From Bacteroidales bacterium (GTDB taxonomy: Bacteria > Bacteroidota > Bacteroidia > Bacteroidales > UBA932): a stretch of 64,000 nucleotides of DNA. The position numbers and the translations under genes were made by a program. Where the stretch lies: the NCBI GenBank assembly GCA_045642485.1, contig JAZUIV010000002.1, positions 5,107 to 69,106 on the forward strand. Direction: 5' to 3'. Below, piece after piece: positions 25,720 to 32,187 of this stretch (positions within the stretch are counted from its first letter, which is position 1; every line of letters begins with the position of its first letter). The notes beneath the pieces were generated by a model. That model ran no database searches. It was not told the origin of the DNA and was given only the letters and a program-made list of their open reading frames with translations.

Positions 25720-26733
25720 ATGAAAAAAATACTGATACTCGGCCCGGATTATTTTCATTTCATTTCAGCCGTTGACAACGCCTTCCGCGCTTTGGGTTGC
25801 CAGACCTACACATTACCCTATATGGACTTCTCCTTTTTGCAGAAGAGTATTATGAAAATTCGGTGCAAACCGATTAATGTCCGGGTTGAAAGGAGGCATA
25901 AGGAACACTATGCATTGAAAGTACGCGAAGCCTTCAAGAACAATGGCCGAATTGACTTGGTTTTCATTATGAATGGGGACTTTCTTGATTCAAGGACACT
26001 CGATTATTTGTGTAATACCACCCACGTCGCAATCTGGCTCTTCGACAACATTTCAAAGATGCCGGGCATTATTGATAATCTCAGGCATTGCGACCATATC
26101 TTCAGTTTTGACAAGAATGACATCAAGATTCTTGAAGATAACGGATTGAATTCTTCCTTTTTACCTCAAGCTTGTGATATGAAGACGTATTTCCCTATTG
26201 CAGGCAACAAAAAAGACATTGACATTCTTTTCGTTGGGAACTTATATTTTTATCCCAACAGACAAAAAACAATACAAAAAATCATAGAAACCTTCCCCGA
26301 CAAAAAAATCAAGGTAATCGGTGAATACAAGCCCTGGTACAAAGGTATCCTCAAGTGCCTGTTCAGAGAAAGGCGTGACATCTATACCAACCGCAATGTC
26401 TCTCCGGAAGAGGTCAACAAATATTATAGCAAATCCAGAATAGTGTTGAATATCCATCGGGAAGACCAAAAAGACGGGGCCAATCCAAGGCTCTTTGAAA
26501 TCTGCGGTAGTGGTGCGTATCAAATATCTGATTCGAATCCGTACATCAAATCTATTTTCCCCCACAGAGAAATCGGGTTGTTTAAGACGGACGATGAATT
26601 GATTGATGCTATTTCTGATGCCTTGGCTCACGATAAGTCAGCAAATGCACAAGCAGCACACGAGATTGTCGTTCAGCAACATAACTACGAAAGCAGAATG
26701 AAGCAAGTCCTTCAATCCATCATCCCTTCGTAA
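25720..26733 (+). CDS. CgeB-like glycosyltransferase (DUF3880/GT1-like)
   Basis: 337 aa. Motifs are DILFVGN...R, LNIHR......NPRLFE..G.GA and a C-terminal ..HNYE.R. Confidence 0.65.
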   Translation: MKKILILGPDYFHFISAVDNAFRALGCQTYTLPYMDFSFLQKSIMKIRCKPINVRVERRHKEHYALKVREAFKNNGRIDLVFIMNGDFLDSRTLDYLCNTTHVAIWLFDNISKMPGIIDNLRHCDHIFSFDKNDIKILEDNGLNSSFLPQACDMKTYFPIAGNKKDIDILFVGNLYFYPNRQKTIQKIIETFPDKKIKVIGEYKPWYKGILKCLFRERRDIYTNRNVSPEEVNKYYSKSRIVLNIHREDQKDGANPRLFEICGSGAYQISDSNPYIKSIFPHREIGLFKTDDELIDAISDALAHDKSANAQAAHEIVVQQHNYESRMKQVLQSIIPS

Positions 26734-26777
26734 TCCACCTCATAGAGAATGGGCCCGCCAGTTCGTAACATACTGAT

Positions 26778-27740
26778 TTATTTCCGGGCATCAAAGTGCG
26801 CATCAATGCGTAATCTTTCTGCAAGCAAAGCCTGGTAGTCGGCCTTCATCCGTTCGTCAAGGAAGGATGAATCAATGAAGTCACAAAACGCAGGGTAGAG
26901 TCTGATGTATTTCTTCTTAAGGTTGGAGAATACCTTTGCCGGGATACCGCAGGTCTCGAAAGCTTTCTCGAAATCGGAATCCCTGAGTTTCCTTTTCTTT
27001 CCATTCAAAGTCAGCGCCAGTTCCTCATCATCCGCAGGATTGACTATGGCAACGTTAAGCATATCGTACGCCGGAGTCAGACGCACATCACTGCCTGGCT
27101 GATATAGCGAAAAATTCTTCAGGTGCATATCGTTATTGCCGGTCAGCCAGGAAAAATACACCACCTCAAGGAAATCTGTCACGTCCATTTGAGGACTAGT
27201 GGAATACTTCCTTACAGCCTTTGCATTCTGCTCGTATGAACTCTTGTATTTGTGCTCAGTCTGGCGCTCGGTGAGTTGGCACATATCCTCCATCGCAATC
27301 TTGTCTCCGTCTTTCGTGCGGTCAATCCTTCTGGTGATGTATCCGAGCGAACCATCCTTCATCCTTATCAGGGAATGGGGGACAATTTTGATCTTGGCGA
27401 GCCGGGCTAGATGCATTGTCAAATCCTCGTTTTCCGGAAGCAGTCTGAATTTTTCGGTCTGAGGCTTGAAAATGAAATCCCCCCAAAGACCAACGATTGT
27501 AAGTTTCTTACTGTTACGATGTTTGTCCAGATGAAGAGACAACTTAGGCTGGACACCTGTCAGAGTTGTCTGCGAGTGAATGATCTGTTCAGCAAGCGCG
27601 TCCATTTCATCTCTTGAGTAGTCCAACGCCGGTGCCTCAGAAGTCCCGAAGAACTTCTTTGCGCACTCCCTGTGGAAATCGACTTCTCCCGGAGCCAATT
27701 CCTTATAGCAATACAGACATTTACTCATTGGATTCATCAT
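26778..27740 (-). CDS. HipA-core serine/threonine kinase toxin (HipT-like)
   Basis: 320 aa. It has the Gly-rich loop TLTGVQPKLSL and the catalytic loop WLTGNNDMHLKNFSL, then PAYDMLN. Possible starts are at 27740, 27737 and 27728. It overlaps the upstream gene's end (27721). Confidence 0.85.
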   Translation of the reverse strand: MMNPMSKCLYCYKELAPGEVDFHRECAKKFFGTSEAPALDYSRDEMDALAEQIIHSQTTLTGVQPKLSLHLDKHRNSKKLTIVGLWGDFIFKPQTEKFRLLPENEDLTMHLARLAKIKIVPHSLIRMKDGSLGYITRRIDRTKDGDKIAMEDMCQLTERQTEHKYKSSYEQNAKAVRKYSTSPQMDVTDFLEVVYFSWLTGNNDMHLKNFSLYQPGSDVRLTPAYDMLNVAIVNPADDEELALTLNGKKRKLRDSDFEKAFETCGIPAKVFSNLKKKYIRLYPAFCDFIDSSFLDERMKADYQALLAERLRIDAHFDARK

Positions 27741-28056
27741 TCAGTGGTTCAACACTCACTGCTCCGATACAGTCCTTACAACAAAGCAGAAGCAGCGCAT
27801 AGCGGTCCAGTTCGCTGATATCCGTGTTTCTGAGCGCCACATCCAGCAACCAGCCCTCCGGAATCAACCCATCAAAGAAAGGAAAAAGAACAGGTGACTT
27901 GTACGGCTTGTCGCTGAGCGGCAAAGTAAGGCTGACGGCAGCAGGTGAGTCAGAGGCCAGGTATTCCGCAGCATATTGGAATTCGTAGCCTTCATCTGTC
28001 TCCTTCAGCAGACCGGCTCTCTTGTTCTTGTATTTGACCAATGCCGCTTTCATCAC
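27721..28056 (-). CDS. HipA N-terminal-subdomain protein (HipS-like putative antitoxin)
   Basis: 111 aa. Motifs are LLKETDEGYEFQY, LFPFFDGLIPEGW and CIGAVSV. Its start overlaps the hipB-like stop (ATGATGA). Confidence 0.8.
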   Translation of the reverse strand: MMKAALVKYKNKRAGLLKETDEGYEFQYAAEYLASDSPAAVSLTLPLSDKPYKSPVLFPFFDGLIPEGWLLDVALRNTDISELDRYALLLLCCKDCIGAVSVEPLNDESNE

Positions 28057-28262
28057 TCGCCACCTTTCTTCTGCGGTACCAATTCATAGTCGAACAGAGC
28101 GAACACCTGAGCCACCTTGTCCATACGGACGGTTGCTTTTCCTTGTTCCAGCTCCCTTACGAAGTTCAGCCCTACGCCGGACTTCATCGCCAGGTCAACT
28201 TGGGTCATCCCATTCTCCTTTCGAAGCACCTTCAGTTTTGCCGCTATTAAATTTGTCGCCAT
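28053..28262 (-). CDS. XRE-family helix-turn-helix protein (HipB-like)
   Basis: 69 aa. LRKENGMTQVDLAMKSGVGLNFVRELEQGK is a classic HTH_3 motif. Confidence 0.85.
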   Translation of the reverse strand: MATNLIAAKLKVLRKENGMTQVDLAMKSGVGLNFVRELEQGKATVRMDKVAQVFALFDYELVPQKKGGE

Positions 28263-28281
28263 AATTACATCCTTTCGGCTG

Positions 28282-28289
28282 CAAAGATA
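28282..28289 (-). promoter_or_regulatory. candidate -7 promoter box (TATCTTTG on minus strand) for hipB/S/T-like operon
   Basis: The plus strand reads CAAAGATA, 20 nt upstream of the hipB-like ATG (28262). Confidence 0.35.
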
Positions 28290-28306
28290 TAAAAGTTTTT
28301 TTGAAA

Positions 28307-28365
28307 TACATTCGCTCAGATGTAAAAATATATCACGAAGAGATAATTACATTCGATAGAATGTA
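28307..28365. promoter_or_regulatory. two palindromes sharing half-site TACAT(TC): candidate operator sites
   Basis: The first is TACAT-N8-ATGTA at 28307-28324. The second is TACATTC-GATA-GAATGTA at 28348-28365. The first overlaps the expected -33 region of the minus-strand promoter. Confidence 0.35.
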
Positions 28366-28482
28366 GCGGCACTATAACGGCACTACTAAAATGATTGATT
28401 TTCGGTTCATCCAAAATCAGACAAAGTAATTATTAGTAACTTGCAAGTACACTGATTTTTTATCAAAAACTGTTATAAACTT

Positions 28483-29427
28483 ATGATAGTTCTATTTCTG
28501 AAGGATGGCTTTGGCAATCAACTTTTTGAGTATGCTTTCGTGAGGAAACTCTCTTTGTTGTGTAAAGACAGGATTGTCATCAATCGAATATATTTCAAAC
28601 GGAAAAAGGACCGTACGTGTCAACTTGAAAAACTCGTTCTGAATGATAATGTAACATTCTCAACCGGCTTTGTCTCTTTTCTTCTTCTCCTGCTTCTTGA
28701 ATTCAGGATTTTTCTTTCCCTCGGATTCAGGTTCTATCGTATTCATACCGACAGAGAATTTTTCAATAAATCATTTTGTGGCGCCACTAATATATTTTCC
28801 CGATGCCAGCGATTTGGGGTTTACTTGAGCACGGATCCATTTGCATTTTTTGATAACATAAGACCATCCTCCAGAAAAATCAAACTTGTGTTCGGTAACT
28901 TTGAAAACGCATCATTCTTCAAAGATTGTTTTAATGAACTGAGGGATGAACTCAAACTGAAAACGCCTGTTGATATATCAACCCACCTGGATACATCGGC
29001 TTGTAATGTTGCCGTACATATAAGAAGAGGCGATTATATGTCTCCTCAATGGAAAAGTTTGAATGTATGCACCAAGTCTTATTATGTCCAGGCTATGAGG
29101 ACAATCCGTAAAATGTTCCCCGATGCCGTATTCAATATCTTCTCCAACACCTCTGAAGATTTGGAATGGATAAAAGAAAACTATCAGCTGGAGGATGAAG
29201 GGTGCGTAAAATATATGAACACCGGATTGGATGATGTCAGTGATTTTTTCATAATGTCCGCTTGCCGTCATTTCATTATCGCAAACAGTACTTACAGTTG
29301 GTGGGCAGCTTATTTATCACGCAGTAAGGGCAAAGTTGTCATTGCTCCGGATATCTGGTCGATAGGCAGCCCTCAGAGCGAAGGCCTTTACCTGCCTGAA
29401 TTTATAAGACTGAAAATACAGAACTGA
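28483..29427 (+). CDS. glycosyltransferase family 11 (alpha-1,2-fucosyltransferase)
   Basis: 314 aa with GT11 motifs GFGNQLFEYA, VAVHIRRGDY and ANSTYSWWAAYL. GC content is low. Confidence 0.85.
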   Translation: MIVLFLKDGFGNQLFEYAFVRKLSLLCKDRIVINRIYFKRKKDRTCQLEKLVLNDNVTFSTGFVSFLLLLLLEFRIFLSLGFRFYRIHTDREFFNKSFCGATNIFSRCQRFGVYLSTDPFAFFDNIRPSSRKIKLVFGNFENASFFKDCFNELRDELKLKTPVDISTHLDTSACNVAVHIRRGDYMSPQWKSLNVCTKSYYVQAMRTIRKMFPDAVFNIFSNTSEDLEWIKENYQLEDEGCVKYMNTGLDDVSDFFIMSACRHFIIANSTYSWWAAYLSRSKGKVVIAPDIWSIGSPQSEGLYLPEFIRLKIQN

Positions 29428-29434
29428 CCAGCGA

Positions 29435-30451
29435 TTATCTCTTAATCATCCTGTCAATCTTCCAGAAGAGCCAGTTTCTTCGCCTCCACTTCCAGAGAGT
29501 ATTCTTATAGACGGTTTCTGCAATCCCTCTTGGTGACATTCTATATGAGTGTTCACGAATCAGGGCAAGATTGATATATCGCCGCCCCCAGTAGAAACGA
29601 TTGAATCGGGTGGCTTCAGATGGATTCTGATCAAATATATGATAGAGGTAACAACGGAGCCTCTCTATCATTTCGTCCCGTGAAGAGGTTTCAGGTAGGA
29701 ATATCGGCGCATTTAAGACTTCCAGGCAGGCGGCATCGTCATTGTCAAGCTCCCTTACTCGCTCAACAACTTTCTCCCAGGATTCGAAAGAGTGACAATT
29801 GATGAATGAATTCTCGTTGAAAGTCTGCCCGATTAAAGGATCCCCCCAATAAATCGGGACTGTCCTTGCCGCAAAAGCTTCAAGTATTTTTTCAGTGGAA
29901 TAACCAGGTTGTGAGCAGTTCTCAAATGCAATGGCGAACTTGTGTTTTTTCTGGAACTCAAGTTTGTCAGAAACAGGTCCTCCAACGTTGTTCCGATATC
30001 TTCCGCCCGATGATACCTGTTTATATTCAGACAGTTTATCAAAAATGACATCGCGTTCGGGAGATGCGTTGTTGTTGGATACAACAAAACTGCAAAAATC
30101 AGTCTTTGAAGATAAATCAACGAGTTTTTTCCTGTTTGAGATTTCCTTATACGAATTTTCATATAGGAGATAGATAGGAAACCTGAAATAGCGGTCGCCA
30201 AATACAATGTGGTCGAAACCTATGGCATAATCGCATAAGTTGAAATCCGGCGATTGATTCTCTCCCGTATAGTATATTTTTACGCAATCATATTTCAAAT
30301 GTTCCTGCCCGAAGACCGAAAAGAAGATATAATCCGGCTTATCTGACAGAACCACATCAAATTTATCATTCAGAATCTTATAGAACAGGGACTCCTCCGG
30401 AATAAAATTATCCCAGAAGTCAACGAATCTTATTCTAATCTGCTTCCTCAT
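29435..30451 (-). CDS. glycosyltransferase family 10 (alpha-1,3/4-fucosyltransferase)
   Basis: Start at the ATG at 30451 (MRKQIRIRFVDFWDNF). The track's 30460 start is a TTG. The GT10 signature is KFAIAFENCSQPGYSTEKILEAF. The C-terminal tail is basic and aromatic. Confidence 0.85.
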   Translation of the reverse strand: MRKQIRIRFVDFWDNFIPEESLFYKILNDKFDVVLSDKPDYIFFSVFGQEHLKYDCVKIYYTGENQSPDFNLCDYAIGFDHIVFGDRYFRFPIYLLYENSYKEISNRKKLVDLSSKTDFCSFVVSNNNASPERDVIFDKLSEYKQVSSGGRYRNNVGGPVSDKLEFQKKHKFAIAFENCSQPGYSTEKILEAFAARTVPIYWGDPLIGQTFNENSFINCHSFESWEKVVERVRELDNDDAACLEVLNAPIFLPETSSRDEMIERLRCYLYHIFDQNPSEATRFNRFYWGRRYINLALIREHSYRMSPRGIAETVYKNTLWKWRRRNWLFWKIDRMIKR

Positions 30452-30452
30452 A

Positions 30453-31232
30453 CTATCCAAAAATCAAATCCTTCACCGCCATTCCATAGCCTTTCTTCAA
30501 CAGGAGCAGATTCAATGCGCATCTGTACTGAGAATAGCAGTCATTTAGTTTTGCAAAGCGAATTATTGATTTTATTGAGTTCAGGCGGGCAAAGGCGCGC
30601 CTGCGATTTTTCCTCCTGCTGACAGATTCATCGTGCAGGACATAGTGATACAAAGGTTTGTGTATCTGTGCCATTCTGTCGGAAGAAAGGACACAACAGG
30701 CCAAAAAACAGGTATCCTCAGCACTCGAGTTTTTAGGGAAACGCAGCCCCTTGGCATCAAGCATTGCTTTCTTATAGACAAAAGTCGTGAAATACGAGAC
30801 AAAATGCTTCAAAAAATGCGATTTGTCATATACATCGGCATTCCGTTTCACCTCTTCACCTATTCTTATGTCACAGCAGGCCAAATCCGCACCGGCAGCA
30901 ATTGCCTCATTATACAGTTCCTCGCAATATGTCGGCTCCACATAATCATCACTATCCACGAACGCCACATACTCCCCTTTCGCCAATTCAATACCCACAT
31001 TTCTTGCAGCACCCGGGCCGCTGTTCTTCGGAGTCTCAGCACAAACAAACGATTTCCTGCCGGAATATCCTGAAATAAACGAGCGCACTTTGTCCATACT
31101 GTCATCCGTCCCGTGATCATCGACCAGAATGACCTCCATCTCATCCATAGTTTGGGAGGAGAGAGAGCCCAGGCATCGGGCAATGAACCCGCTCGAATTA
31201 AAAACCGGAACTATTATGGATATCCTGCACAT
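30453..31232 (-). CDS. glycosyltransferase family 2
   Basis: 259 aa. Motifs are ISIIVPVFNS, ILVDDHGTDDS and FVDSDD (DxD). Confidence 0.85.
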   Translation of the reverse strand: MCRISIIVPVFNSSGFIARCLGSLSSQTMDEMEVILVDDHGTDDSMDKVRSFISGYSGRKSFVCAETPKNSGPGAARNVGIELAKGEYVAFVDSDDYVEPTYCEELYNEAIAAGADLACCDIRIGEEVKRNADVYDKSHFLKHFVSYFTTFVYKKAMLDAKGLRFPKNSSAEDTCFLACCVLSSDRMAQIHKPLYHYVLHDESVSRRKNRRRAFARLNSIKSIIRFAKLNDCYSQYRCALNLLLLKKGYGMAVKDLIFG

Positions 31233-31233
31233 A

Positions 31234-32187
31234 TTATGTTATCCCGACAACTTTATTCGGAACAAATTTACATTTTTCCATAAACATACAGAAAAAGTAT
31301 TCCATAATCGTCACTATCGCTGTCATCAGGACCGGCATCAGGCTATTCGAAGAGAAAATACCCGGGAGAAGAGTGAACAGCATACGGATAAATATAAAAT
31401 GTGTCAGATATGTCGTATAACTGTACCTGCTGAATCTTTGGATGACGGAATTTGCGTGATTTACACTGGACAAGCCTATGAACAGACAAACGAGGCCCGC
31501 CAATTGCAGAATGTAACCGAAAGATGCGGAAGAGATGAACGGGCATACGGCAAACAGTGAAATGAAGCCTCCTAATCCCCAGATTAAAGAAGCATCTGTT
31601 CGCTTTACCAAATTGTCAATGAAAAAGCCCAGAAGATACAGGCCGGTATAGAAGACTGCTATACCGACCGGGCCCTTGACCGTAAGGAAAACCTCAACGG
31701 CAAGCCAAATCACAAGAACTATGGCAAGAAGTTTCCGGTTGCGGCCGAACACCACCGCAAACAGCGGAGTCATCACATACAGCAGCAATATCAGATAAAT
31801 ATACCAATATGCCACATTGATTCTGTGGAGCAATAAGGCCGGGATATAGTTGACAGCGGCATCCCGGGCAGAATGGATATTGTCATACTTACCCATAACG
31901 GATGAGATGACATAGACTATTGTGGCCCAGAAGACAAAAGGGACAAGTATCCTGACAAACCTCTTTTTGTAAAATTCAGAGACACTGTACTTTCCCTTCA
32001 CCTGCAAAGCACCCGACAGCATCGTGAACAATCCAAGTCCGAAAAATGTTGTCTTTGAATAAAAAAGACCGTTCAAGAAACTGTCTGGATTATCAAAACC
32101 CAGGATTGAAGTACTGTGAGTAACGATTATCAAGACAGTGGCCACTGACCTGACAATATCAAACCCAGGATTCCTGCTGTATGTCAT
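31234..32187 (-). CDS. acyltransferase family 3 (putative glycan O-acetyltransferase)
   Basis: Start at the ATG at 32187, an ATGA overlap with the upstream stop. The N-terminus is NPGFDIVRSVATVLIIVTH. There are about 10 TM helices. Confidence 0.75.
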   Translation of the reverse strand: MTYSRNPGFDIVRSVATVLIIVTHSTSILGFDNPDSFLNGLFYSKTTFFGLGLFTMLSGALQVKGKYSVSEFYKKRFVRILVPFVFWATIVYVISSVMGKYDNIHSARDAAVNYIPALLLHRINVAYWYIYLILLLYVMTPLFAVVFGRNRKLLAIVLVIWLAVEVFLTVKGPVGIAVFYTGLYLLGFFIDNLVKRTDASLIWGLGGFISLFAVCPFISSASFGYILQLAGLVCLFIGLSSVNHANSVIQRFSRYSYTTYLTHFIFIRMLFTLLPGIFSSNSLMPVLMTAIVTIMEYFFCMFMEKCKFVPNKVVGIT

